Assembly (NCBI GenBank): GCA_965224085.1
Contig: CBDCYI010000004.1
Coordinates: 544,001-608,000 of the forward strand
Reading direction: 5' to 3'
From: Candidatus Marinacidobacterales bacterium
Lineage (GTDB): Bacteria; Acidobacteriota; Vicinamibacteria; Marinacidobacterales; SMYC01
Length of the DNA: 64,000 bases
Shown here: positions 53,605-63,178 of the stretch, one piece after another
Position numbering within the stretch: the first letter of the stretch is position 1
How the letters are laid out: every line of letters starts with the position of its first letter
The notes under the pieces: model-generated
Database searches by the model: none
What the model was told of the DNA's origin: nothing
Seen by the model: only the letters and a program-made list of their open reading frames with translations
Program-made: the position numbers and the translations under genes

Positions 53605-55227
53605 ATGAATTTGAATCAAAAACGCACCGTTATCGCAGTACTCTCGCTCATCTTTCTTCTTTCGTTGCTGCTCGTGCAGCGGATGGAAGTCGCGCGGCGT
53701 TACGAGGAGATCGGCCTCGTCCCGGGACACGTTGCCGTTCCCGCCGAGTCGCAATCCTGTGTCGACTGTCACGGGCAGTCGACGCCCGGGATCGTCGACC
53801 ATTGGAAGGCGAGCACGCACGCGACGACGGGTGTGGGCTGTGTCGCCTGCCACCAAGCCCAGGAAGGCGACGCCGATACCTTCACCCATTATGGCGAGCA
53901 CATCGCGACCGTGGTCACACCGAATGATTGCTCGAGGTGCCACGGGGAAATCGTCGAAGAGTTTGCCCAGAGCCATCACGCGGCTGCCGGAAACATCCTC
54001 GCCTCTCTCGACAATTTTCTCGCCGAGACGGTCGAGGGTTCCCAATCGCCGTTCAGCCCGCACTCTCCGACTCCCGGCCGGCCGCAAATCCGGGAAGTCA
54101 ACGGTCTCGCGAGCGCTTTTTCGGGCTGCCAGCAATGCCACGGATCGAAGATCGCGCTTCGAGCGACGAGCGGCGATCCCATCACGGTCGACGATCTCGA
54201 GCCCGGCGCCGACGGCAAGCCTACGAACCTCGACGCGGTGGGTCGGATCTCGAGAGACGACAACGGCAAGCCCCGCTACCATTCCGGCAGCTGGCCGAAT
54301 ACCGGAATCGGCCGGCTCAATCTGGACGGCTCCCGCGGCTCGTGCTCCGCTTGTCACAGCCGGCACGATTTCTCGCCACGGCGCGCACGCCAACCCGAGA
54401 ACTGCGGCAAGTGCCACCTCGGCCCCGATCACCCTCAAAAAGAAATCTACGAAGAGTCGAAGCACGGCGTCGCCTATCGCGACCTCCGCGACCAGATGAA
54501 CTTGAACGCTGCCGATTGGGTGCTCGGGCGCGATTACTCCCAGGCGCCGACCTGCGCGACGTGCCACATGTCGGGACACTTGCGCAACGACGGCCGCATC
54601 ACCCACGATCCGGGCGAGCGTATCTCGTGGACCAACCGGCCTCCCATCAGTCTCGTCATGGACACGGATATCAACGGAGCGATCGTCAACGAGACGGACC
54701 CGGACAGGCGGCGCGACCTCATCTTCGACACCGCGGACAACAAGCGCAACCGAATGAAAGAAGTCTGCTCCCACTGCCACACGCCGGATTACGTCAACGG
54801 GTTCTATTCCCAGTACGACGATCTCGTCGTCCTCTATAACGAGAAGTTCGCCAAGCCGGGCAAAGCCATCATGGATGCGCTCGAGGCCGAAGGTCTCGTT
54901 ACACCGACACAATTCGACGACGAGATCGAGTGGACGTGGTTCTACTTGTGGCACCACGAGGGACGTAGAGCCCGCCACGGCGCCTCGATGATGGCGCCAG
55001 ACTATACCCACTGGCACGGGATGTTCGAAGTGGCTGAGCGTTTCTACATGGAGCTCATCCCGCAAGCGCGCGAACTCGCCGAGCACGGAGGCGCACGCGG
55101 TGCGCGCGTCAACCAAACCATCGATGCCATTCTCGGCCGGCCCGAACATGTCTGGTTGGAGGAAGGCGCCGAGGAAGCCATGCGGCGCATCCGCGAGAGC
55201 ATGGAAGAAAAGTACGAGATTCGTTAG
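53605..55227 (+). CDS. membrane-anchored octaheme cytochrome c, hydroxylamine oxidoreductase family
   Basis: Eight CxxCH (CVDCH, CVACH, CSRCH, CQQCH, CSACH, CGKCH, CATCH, CSHCH), SRHDFS, GPDHPQ, ESKHG, PDYTHWHG. Confidence 0.9.
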   Translation: MNLNQKRTVIAVLSLIFLLSLLLVQRMEVARRYEEIGLVPGHVAVPAESQSCVDCHGQSTPGIVDHWKASTHATTGVGCVACHQAQEGDADTFTHYGEHIATVVTPNDCSRCHGEIVEEFAQSHHAAAGNILASLDNFLAETVEGSQSPFSPHSPTPGRPQIREVNGLASAFSGCQQCHGSKIALRATSGDPITVDDLEPGADGKPTNLDAVGRISRDDNGKPRYHSGSWPNTGIGRLNLDGSRGSCSACHSRHDFSPRRARQPENCGKCHLGPDHPQKEIYEESKHGVAYRDLRDQMNLNAADWVLGRDYSQAPTCATCHMSGHLRNDGRITHDPGERISWTNRPPISLVMDTDINGAIVNETDPDRRRDLIFDTADNKRNRMKEVCSHCHTPDYVNGFYSQYDDLVVLYNEKFAKPGKAIMDALEAEGLVTPTQFDDEIEWTWFYLWHHEGRRARHGASMMAPDYTHWHGMFEVAERFYMELIPQARELAEHGGARGARVNQTIDAILGRPEHVWLEEGAEEAMRRIRESMEEKYEIR

Positions 55228-56183
55228 CCATGAACCTCGAAAGACGTCAGCGTCGCCTCGACTCTCGCGAGCGGCGCGGCGAAGAAAAACCCAAGGCCAA
55301 GCGCTACGGAGATGGCCCCGGCGACATAGCCGGCTGGGCGAGGCAGTGAGCGCACACGCATCACCGCCCATCTGAAGATAGGGCCAAGCGCGAGGAACGT
55401 CACATCCATCCCTACGATCGCGAGCACCACCGACACGATGTCGAGCTCGCCCGGGACCAGAGTCGACAAGCCGAGGCCATGCACCGATCCCGCCGCGACG
55501 GCCAAAGCCCGGACTTGACGACGATCGGCTTCCGGACGGAGCGCCTCGTTCGCGAGCAGCACCGTCGCGAGCGCGACGCCGAGTTCCGCGAGCGTGGGTG
55601 TGAGCCCAAACCCCAAGCGTGCGCAGACGAGCGCCGCCAGCTGGCCCGCTAGAAAACGGCTAACCAGCACCCGACTTCCAAGAAGCGCCAAGACGATGAT
55701 GAGCGCGACATGGACAAAGCTTTCGAAGACATGACGGATACCGAAGAGGACGCGGTTCTGGGCGTCTCGGAGGGACGCACCGAGCGCGGTGGCTTCGGGA
55801 AGACGCCAGATCTCTTCTCCCGAAGCAAATAGGTGAGCGTAGCTCTCGCCGGAAAGAAGCTCTACGCGCAAGACGGTAGCAAGGTTCGGGTTCACGAAGG
55901 GGAAATCGATCCCGACCTCTTGCCCTTCGAGCCCGACGGAACAGCGAAACGCTCGTCGAAACACCCAGGTCCCGGGTTGCTCTCGCACCGACGGCTCCCC
56001 TTGCGCTTCGCAACTTTGGGGAAGAACCGGTTGAGGCGCCGCTCGAACCGGGATGAGCTGCGGCACATGCCACTGCGCGAGAAAAAGACCGGGCTCTTGC
56101 TCGCGAAGTTGCAGCTGCACGGGACGAACGTCATCTGCCCGTAAAGTGTGAGCCGCCAGAAAAATCAGCGCGCACAGTCGCAC
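55224..56183 (-). CDS. HupE/UreJ-like membrane protein, possibly 3'-truncated
   Basis: Signal peptide, periplasmic domain, GIRHV...VH, GSVHGLG, multiple TM helices. Confidence 0.6.
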   Translation of the reverse strand: MRLCALIFLAAHTLRADDVRPVQLQLREQEPGLFLAQWHVPQLIPVRAAPQPVLPQSCEAQGEPSVREQPGTWVFRRAFRCSVGLEGQEVGIDFPFVNPNLATVLRVELLSGESYAHLFASGEEIWRLPEATALGASLRDAQNRVLFGIRHVFESFVHVALIIVLALLGSRVLVSRFLAGQLAALVCARLGFGLTPTLAELGVALATVLLANEALRPEADRRQVRALAVAAGSVHGLGLSTLVPGELDIVSVVLAIVGMDVTFLALGPIFRWAVMRVRSLPRPAGYVAGAISVALGLGFFFAAPLARVEATLTSFEVHG

Positions 56184-56613
56184 GGATCTTACTGTCAGTG
56201 GTCTCACGCTGAGCCCGCAAGACAAACCCGTAGCCGCGACTCCGACCGAAAACAAAGCCCCGCTCTGGAAAGTGATCAATAAGCTGTAGCCTATCGTCTT
56301 TACAGGCTTTTTGGATAGAAGCTCTCACGACCAACTTGGCTCGCTCATTTGTCTTGTCCGGGGGGAGACCCGCGGCCAGGGTTAGCACAGATTGGCCCCT
56401 CCATAGCTCTTCACTCGCGAAACGCCTTCTGCATAGAACATGCAATACTAACCCGCACACGGATCACCCCGCGGGCGGGCTTACAACCGGCAGCGCAGTC
56501 ACAGCTGTTGGATTTCACACCATGTGTTGCTTTTCATTGGCCAGCTTAGTGTTGATATGTACGCGCTCGGACCTAACTTGCTAGTAGTCTGCACTTTGAG
56601 AGACGATTCTGGC

Positions 56614-56630
56614 TTGGCGCGATTCTTGCG
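56614..56630 (+). promoter_or_regulatory. sigma54 (-24/-12) promoter of the metal efflux operon
   Basis: TTGGCGCGATTCTTGCG = GG-N10-GC, ~45 bp upstream of the first gene. Confidence 0.65.
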
Positions 56631-56671
56631 ATATGCTGGCGGTCAGTGAAGTTCACGCGTTTCGAAAAGGT

Positions 56672-58000
56672 ATGAAGCGGATGAGGATCGTCAACGTAGC
56701 TCTTTTGTTCAGTCTCGCGGCAAACGCCGGCGCCATGAGCGTGCAGGAGGAAGCGCCCTCCGAAGCTCCAGCGCCGCCGGAATTCTACGCGGCCGACGAC
56801 CGGTTGCGCGACTATATCGACGAGGCGCTCGAGCGCAACCCAGGCGTGCACGAGTCTTTCGGGCGCTACCGAGCCGCTTTGGAGCGAATCCCTCAGGTGG
56901 ACGCGCTGCCGGATCTCGTGCTCAGCTTCACGCAGGCGCTGCGAAGCACGGAGACGCGTGTCGGACCGGTGCGCAACAGCTTCACGCTGTCCCAAAGCTT
57001 CCCGTGGTTCGGTACCCTCGACTTGAAAGGCAAAGTCGCACTAAAGGACGCTCTCGCCGTATACGAGCTTTATCGGGCGCGCCAGCAGGAGATCATCGTC
57101 CAGGTCAAGCGGGCATTCTACGAGCTGGCCTACATCGATGCAGCGCTCGCCATCACCCATGAAGAGCAGTCGCTGCTCGAGCACTACGAGTCGCTTGCCG
57201 ATACGCGCTATGCGACAGGCCAGGGCCTGCAGCAGGCGGTCATCAAGATCCAGGCCGAGATCACGCGCGTACTCAACCGACTGGATCTTTTCGAGCAACA
57301 GCGAGCGACGATGGAAGCGCGTCTCAACACGCTGAGGGACCAGCCTCCACAGGATCCGATCGCAGACATCGATCGACTGTCGATCCCGGAGGTCAACGTC
57401 GACCTCGAGAGGCTCTATGCCCTCGGTCTCGAGAACCGGCAGGAACTCAAAGCCATCGAGCAGCGCATCGAGAGAAACGAAAGAGCCATCGATCTCGCGC
57501 AGAAGGATGGCTGGCCGGATTTTTTCGTCGGCTTCGGGTTCGTCAACATCGGGAATCGGTCGGATGAAGCCGGTATCATCAATCCGCCGCCCGACAATGG
57601 CAAAAACGCGGTAAGCCTTTCCGCCGGTATCACTATCCCGCTCTGGAGGGAAAAATACGATGCCGAGCTGCGCGAAGCGAGCGAAACGCTACGAGCCGAG
57701 CGCAGTAGCTTCGCGAACGTCCAAAACGAGATGGAGTTCTCGATTCGCGATCAGGTCGTACGACTCGAGACCCTCGGCGATCAGATCCGGTTGTTCGAAA
57801 CGGCACTCATCCCCCAGGCAGAGGAGACGCTGCGCGCGACCGAAGCCGCTTATGAAACAGGACAGCTCGGCGTGCTCGATCTTCTGGACAGCGAGCGCGT
57901 GCTCCTCGACGTTCGCGTCGTCAACGCTCGCTACTACTCCGATCTGTTAAATGCTTTGGCAAATCTAGAGCGAGCCATCGGAACGAGCGTTCCGAGGTGA
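56672..58000 (+). CDS. TolC-family outer membrane factor of heavy-metal RND system
   Basis: ALERNP, LSQSFPWFG, ITIPLW, AYETG...LDLLD; upstream of CusB/CusA-like genes. Confidence 0.9.
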   Translation: MKRMRIVNVALLFSLAANAGAMSVQEEAPSEAPAPPEFYAADDRLRDYIDEALERNPGVHESFGRYRAALERIPQVDALPDLVLSFTQALRSTETRVGPVRNSFTLSQSFPWFGTLDLKGKVALKDALAVYELYRARQQEIIVQVKRAFYELAYIDAALAITHEEQSLLEHYESLADTRYATGQGLQQAVIKIQAEITRVLNRLDLFEQQRATMEARLNTLRDQPPQDPIADIDRLSIPEVNVDLERLYALGLENRQELKAIEQRIERNERAIDLAQKDGWPDFFVGFGFVNIGNRSDEAGIINPPPDNGKNAVSLSAGITIPLWREKYDAELREASETLRAERSSFANVQNEMEFSIRDQVVRLETLGDQIRLFETALIPQAEETLRATEAAYETGQLGVLDLLDSERVLLDVRVVNARYYSDLLNALANLERAIGTSVPR

Positions 58001-58008
58001 GGTCATCC

Positions 58009-59373
58009 ATGAAAAAAGCAGTCTTCTTCATTAGCGCTTTTGTTTTCGGCGTTGGCTTCACGGTCTTCGTCCTGGCCAACCCGTTCGGGTGGTCCTGGCT
58101 GAGCCCGCTCGGAACGAGCGTTCTCGGTGGGGGTGGCGGCGAGATGGCGATGAACGAAACTGAGGCGTCCGAGAGCGAGCGAAAGATCAAGCACTGGCAA
58201 GCTCCCATGGACCCGACCTTCATCAGGGACGAGCCCGGGAAGTCTCCCATGGGCATGGACCTCATCCCGGTATACGAAGACGAAACGGACGACGTACCCG
58301 AAGGCGCGATCAAGATCGACCCGGCCTTCGTGCAGAATATCGGCGTTCAATCGCTCGCGATCGAGCGCGTCGACATTCCGTTCACGATCCGCACGGTCGG
58401 GACCCTGACCTACGACGACAAACAGCTCACCTGGGTGAACACCAAATACGATGGCTGGGTCGAGACCGTTTATGTGAACTACGTCGGTGAACCGGTAAGA
58501 AAGGGCCAGAAGCTTTTCGAGATTTATAGTCCCCAGCTCGTCACGACGCAAAAAGAGTATTTGCAGGCCCAGCAATATGCCCGCCGTATGGAGAGCACCG
58601 ACTACCCGGATATCGCGGCCCGGGCCAAGTCACTCGTGGCGTCGGCGCGTGACCGCCTCGGCTATTGGGACATCACCGATGAGCAGATCGCAGAGCTCGA
58701 AAAGAGCGGAGAGCTCAAGAGGACGCTCTCCGTGAATTCTCCCGTGGACGGCGTCGTCGTGGCGAAAATGGACCAGGCTCTCGAAGGCATGTTCGTCAAA
58801 GCAGGCATGAACCTGTACAAGCTCGCTGACCTGTCCACTATCTGGGTCGAGGTCGAGATTTTCGAGAATCAGGTGCCGTGGATGCGCCTCGGACAACGCG
58901 CGCTCGTCGAGCTTCCTTACGAGCCCGGTCAAGAATACGTGGGCCGCGTCCGCTACCTGTATCCGTTCTTCAACGAGAAGACGCGCACGATGAAGGTGTC
59001 CATCGAGCTTCAGAATCCGGGACAGAGACTCCGCGCGGAAATGTACGCGAATGTGGTCTTCGAGGTGCCCTCGGCGCGAAATGTTCTCGCTGTGCCCGAG
59101 GAGGCCGTCATTCACAGCGGCCAGCGGAACGTTGTCGTGCTGGATCGGGGCAACGCAACGTTTCAAGTTGCCGAAGTGACGCTCGGTGTGAACGGAAGCG
59201 GGCTGTGGGAGGTCAAGGAAGGGCTCGAGGACGGCGCCGTGGTCGTCGTCTCGGCACAGTTCCTCATCGATTCGGAGAGCAACCTTCAGGAAGCCATCCG
59301 CAAGATCATCTCGGACAAGGACACGTCGATAGAGCCGCCGAGCGCACCCATTCCGGAGCGCCAGCGCAACTAG
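58009..59373 (+). CDS. cusB: CusB/SilB-type periplasmic adaptor
   Basis: WQAPMDP..PGKSPMGMDL metal-binding domain, YSPQL, SAQFLIDSES. Confidence 0.85.
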   Translation: MKKAVFFISAFVFGVGFTVFVLANPFGWSWLSPLGTSVLGGGGGEMAMNETEASESERKIKHWQAPMDPTFIRDEPGKSPMGMDLIPVYEDETDDVPEGAIKIDPAFVQNIGVQSLAIERVDIPFTIRTVGTLTYDDKQLTWVNTKYDGWVETVYVNYVGEPVRKGQKLFEIYSPQLVTTQKEYLQAQQYARRMESTDYPDIAARAKSLVASARDRLGYWDITDEQIAELEKSGELKRTLSVNSPVDGVVVAKMDQALEGMFVKAGMNLYKLADLSTIWVEVEIFENQVPWMRLGQRALVELPYEPGQEYVGRVRYLYPFFNEKTRTMKVSIELQNPGQRLRAEMYANVVFEVPSARNVLAVPEEAVIHSGQRNVVVLDRGNATFQVAEVTLGVNGSGLWEVKEGLEDGAVVVVSAQFLIDSESNLQEAIRKIISDKDTSIEPPSAPIPERQRN

Positions 59374-59385
59374 GATGATGGCACG

Positions 59386-62300
59386 ATGCTAGAGAAGATC
59401 ATCGACTGGTCCATCGCGAACAAGTTCATGGTGATCCTAGGCTCGGGATTCGTGTCTCTCATGGGACTTGCCGCCGTCCAGAACACGCCGCTCGACGCCA
59501 TCCCGGATCTCTCCGACGTACAGGTGATCGTCTTCACGGAATATCCGGGGCAAGCGCCGCAAGTCGTCGAGGACCAGATCACCTACCCCATCACGACACA
59601 GATGCTCGCCGTCCCTTTTGCGAAAGTCGTGCGCGGCTATTCTTTTTTTGGATTCTCGTTCGTCTACATCATCTTCGAAGACGGAACCGACATGTACTGG
59701 GCGAGGAGCCGTGTGCTCGAGTACATGAACTATGTGAGCGGAGCCCTGCCAGAGGGGGTCAGCCCCACCCTCGGGCCCGATGCGACCGGTGTCGGATGGG
59801 CGTTCATATACGCCCTGAAGTCCAAGCAACGCAGCCTTGGAGATTTGCGAAGCATTCAGGACTGGTTCTTGAAGTACGAGCTCACCGCCGTTCAGGGCGT
59901 CTCCGAAGTGGCGAGCATCGGCGGCTTCGTCAAGCAATATCAGGTCACCGTCGACCCCAACAAGCTCCGGGCCTACGACATTTCTATTTCCAAGATTCGA
60001 AGGGCCATCCAGAGAAGCAACAACGACGTAGGGGGCCGCGTCCTGGAGATGTCAGAAACCGAGTTCATGATCCGAGGCGAGGGCTATATCCAGAACGTCG
60101 ACCACATCAAGGACATCGCACTCGGAGTGGACCAGAACGGAACACCCATTCTCTTGAAGGACGTGGGCACCGTGCAACGAGGGCCCGAGATGCGCCGGGG
60201 CCTCGCCGAGCTGAACGGCGAAGGAGAAGTCGTCGGCGGCATCATCGTCGTCCGCTACGGCGCCAATGCCTACGACGTCATCCAGAACGTGAAAGCGAAG
60301 CTCGAGAGTCTCCGCGCGGGTTTGCCCGACGACATCGAGATCGTGCCCGTCTACGATCGATCGGGGCTCATCGAGAGATCCGTCGAGACCCTCGCGGAAA
60401 AACTCATTGAGGAAAGCGTCGTCGTCGCGCTCGTCTGCATCATCTTTCTCTTTCACGTCCGCTCAGCGCTCGTCGCGATCCTGACGCTCCCGATCGCCAT
60501 CCTGATGGCCTTCATCGTCATGCAGCAGCAGGGGCTCAACGCCAACATCATGTCGCTCGGAGGGATCGCCATCGCTATCGGCGCGATGGTAGATGCGGCG
60601 ATCATCATGATCGAGAACGCGCACAAGCATCTCGAGCGTGAAAAAGGGGAGAAGGAGCACTGGCAGATCATTGCCGACGCCGCCAAAGAGGTCGGGCCCA
60701 CACTCTTTTACGCTCTACTCGTGATTACCGTCTCGTTCGTGCCGGTCTTCACCCTGGAAGCTCAGGAAGGAAGGCTCTTCAAACCGCTCGCTTTCACCAA
60801 GACCTACTCGATGGCCGCAGCGTCCATCCTCTCCATCACCCTCGTCCCGGTGCTCATGGGCTATTGGATCCGCGGCAGGATTCGCAGCGAGCATGAGAAT
60901 CCGATCAGCCGTTTTCTGATTTACGTCTACGACCCCATCCTACATTTCGTTCTGCGATTCAAATGGTCCCTGCTTCTCGTGGCCACGCTTCTCATGGCCA
61001 GCATGATCGTTCCCGTGCGCCGGCTGGGCTCCGAGTTCATGCCACCCTTGTGGGAAGGCGACATGCTCTACATGCCCACGACTTTCCCCGGTATCTCCAT
61101 CACGAAGGCAAGAGAGCTGCTCCAGCAAACGGACAAGATCATCGTCCAGTTTCCCGAAGTTCACCACGTTTTCGGCAAAGTCGGACGGGCCGATACCGCC
61201 ACGGATCCGGCGCCTCTATCCATGATCGAGACCACCATTACTTTGAAACCGGAATCCGAGTGGCGCCCGGGAATGACGATAGAAAAGCTTACCGAGGAGC
61301 TGAACCAAGCCCTTCAGTTTCCCGGGCTGACCAACGCCTGGACCATGCCCATCAAGACACGGATCGACATGCTTTCCACCGGGATCAAGACACCGGTGGG
61401 GATCAAGGTGGCGGGACCCGATCTCACGCGATTGCAGGAGATTGGCGAGGAAGTGGAGTCCGTGGTAAGCCGCGTACCAGGAACGCTCTCCGTCTATTCC
61501 GAGCGCGTCATGGGCGGCAACTACTTGAACTTCAGCATCCGTCGCGACGCGATCGCGCGCTACGGGCTGACGGTGGGCGACGTGCAGGATGTCATTCAGT
61601 CGGCGATCGGCGGTATGAACATCACGACCACCGTGGAAGGACTCGAGCGGTATCCCGTCAACCTGCGCTACAGCCGCGAGCTCCGGCACAATCTGCCGGC
61701 CCTGAAAGACATTCTCGTGCCGACCCCGACGGGGCAGCACATCCCGCTGGGCCAGCTGACAGACCTCGCCATCACCAAAGGCCCGCCCGCGATCAAGACC
61801 GAGAACTCGCGCCCCAACGCGTGGATCTATGTTGATATCACCGGTATTGATGTCGGCACGTATGTGACGATGGCCCAACAAGCGGTCGCGGAGAACGTGG
61901 ACATCCCGGATGGATACAGCATCGGCTGGAGCGGGCAGTACGAGTACATGGTGCGCGCGGAAGAGCGCCTCGAACTGGTCATCCCGCTGACGCTCGTAAT
62001 CATTTTCGTGATCATTTATACGAATACGAAGTCCATCTTCGAGACCCTCGTCGTTCTTCTGGCCGTGCCTTTTGCTCTCATCGGCGCGTTCTGGCTGATG
62101 TACTTCTTGGACTACAACTTGAGCATCGCGGTCTGGGTCGGGATCATCGCCCTCGCCGGTGTGAGCGCGGAGACCGGCGTCGTCATGCTGCTCTATCTCC
62201 AAGTCGCGTACGACGAGGCCGTGAGCAAGGGTTTGATGCGCCATAAACAGGACCTCGTGGATGCGGTGTATCAGGGGGCGGTGAGCCGGGTGCGGCCCAA

Positions 62301-62517
62301 GATCATGACGGCCAGCGTGATTATGGCGGGCCTCCTCCCTATCCTGTGGAGCCACGGATCCGGCGCCGATGTGATGAAGCGGATAGCCACCCCGATGGTC
62401 GGGGGCATGGTGACGTCAGTCATCGTCGTTCTCCTCGTCTACCCGGCGATCTACTACATCTGGAAAGGGTGGCGCCTGCCTGGGGAAGAGTCGGAAGAGG
62501 GCGCCGTCGCGAGCTGA
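59386..62517 (+). CDS. cusA: CusA/SilA heavy-metal efflux RND permease
   Basis: LDAIPDLSDVQV, NIMSLGGIAIAIGAMVD, EFMP, YMPTT, MIET, MKRIATPMVGG. Confidence 0.92.
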   Translation: MLEKIIDWSIANKFMVILGSGFVSLMGLAAVQNTPLDAIPDLSDVQVIVFTEYPGQAPQVVEDQITYPITTQMLAVPFAKVVRGYSFFGFSFVYIIFEDGTDMYWARSRVLEYMNYVSGALPEGVSPTLGPDATGVGWAFIYALKSKQRSLGDLRSIQDWFLKYELTAVQGVSEVASIGGFVKQYQVTVDPNKLRAYDISISKIRRAIQRSNNDVGGRVLEMSETEFMIRGEGYIQNVDHIKDIALGVDQNGTPILLKDVGTVQRGPEMRRGLAELNGEGEVVGGIIVVRYGANAYDVIQNVKAKLESLRAGLPDDIEIVPVYDRSGLIERSVETLAEKLIEESVVVALVCIIFLFHVRSALVAILTLPIAILMAFIVMQQQGLNANIMSLGGIAIAIGAMVDAAIIMIENAHKHLEREKGEKEHWQIIADAAKEVGPTLFYALLVITVSFVPVFTLEAQEGRLFKPLAFTKTYSMAAASILSITLVPVLMGYWIRGRIRSEHENPISRFLIYVYDPILHFVLRFKWSLLLVATLLMASMIVPVRRLGSEFMPPLWEGDMLYMPTTFPGISITKARELLQQTDKIIVQFPEVHHVFGKVGRADTATDPAPLSMIETTITLKPESEWRPGMTIEKLTEELNQALQFPGLTNAWTMPIKTRIDMLSTGIKTPVGIKVAGPDLTRLQEIGEEVESVVSRVPGTLSVYSERVMGGNYLNFSIRRDAIARYGLTVGDVQDVIQSAIGGMNITTTVEGLERYPVNLRYSRELRHNLPALKDILVPTPTGQHIPLGQLTDLAITKGPPAIKTENSRPNAWIYVDITGIDVGTYVTMAQQAVAENVDIPDGYSIGWSGQYEYMVRAEERLELVIPLTLVIIFVIIYTNTKSIFETLVVLLAVPFALIGAFWLMYFLDYNLSIAVWVGIIALAGVSAETGVVMLLYLQVAYDEAVSKGLMRHKQDLVDAVYQGAVSRVRPKIMTASVIMAGLLPILWSHGSGADVMKRIATPMVGGMVTSVIVVLLVYPAIYYIWKGWRLPGEESEEGAVAS

Positions 62518-62652
62518 GGAGACCGCCGGGATGTCCATGAAATCCAATGCCGCAGAAGCTCACCCGTCGGGGCGATGCACTGACATAAACGAGTGCTATT
62601 GCGCTACGATGCACGTGCCCAGCGTCGTTCTAACGTTTACGAGGTGACAAAC

Positions 62653-63132
62653 ATGGCGAAGCGAATCCTGCACGCGTTGGCCGCGTTGGCTCTCGTGGCC
62701 GCCGTCAGCGCGGTCCTTTACGTTGAGTGGGACGAGCCTGATACGTGTGACATCTGCTACCGTTCGATGCACCAGGAGACGTTCTATCGTATCCATCTCG
62801 AAAGCGGCGCGTCGAAGGACGCTTGCTGTCCCCGGTGCGGTCTCCGGTTTCAGGAAGGCAGAGACGATGTCGTGGCGACGGAGGTGACCGATTTTTATTC
62901 GAGACAGCACATCGACGCCGCCGTCGCCTACTATGTGGAAGGCAGTCCCGTGCACTTCTGTAGCCACGCGAGTGTGCGGGAGGATCGCTCCGGCGGACAG
63001 TACGAGGTCGCCTGGGATCGCTGCCTTCCGAGTCTAATCTCCTTCTCATCCAGAGAAGCTGCACAGAAGTTCCAAAAAGAAAACGGCGGCGATATCAAGA
63101 CATACGCGACGCTCCTGGCAGAGCACTTCTGA
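62653..63132 (+). CDS. NosL-like Cys-rich exported protein
   Basis: N-terminal TM/signal, CDIC..SMH, CCPRC, VTDFY, FSSREAAQKFQKENGG. Confidence 0.6.
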   Translation: MAKRILHALAALALVAAVSAVLYVEWDEPDTCDICYRSMHQETFYRIHLESGASKDACCPRCGLRFQEGRDDVVATEVTDFYSRQHIDAAVAYYVEGSPVHFCSHASVREDRSGGQYEVAWDRCLPSLISFSSREAAQKFQKENGGDIKTYATLLAEHF

Positions 63133-63178
63133 CCCCAAACTGGGCGCTCACCGCTGGTCATGTCATGTCAGTGTCATG

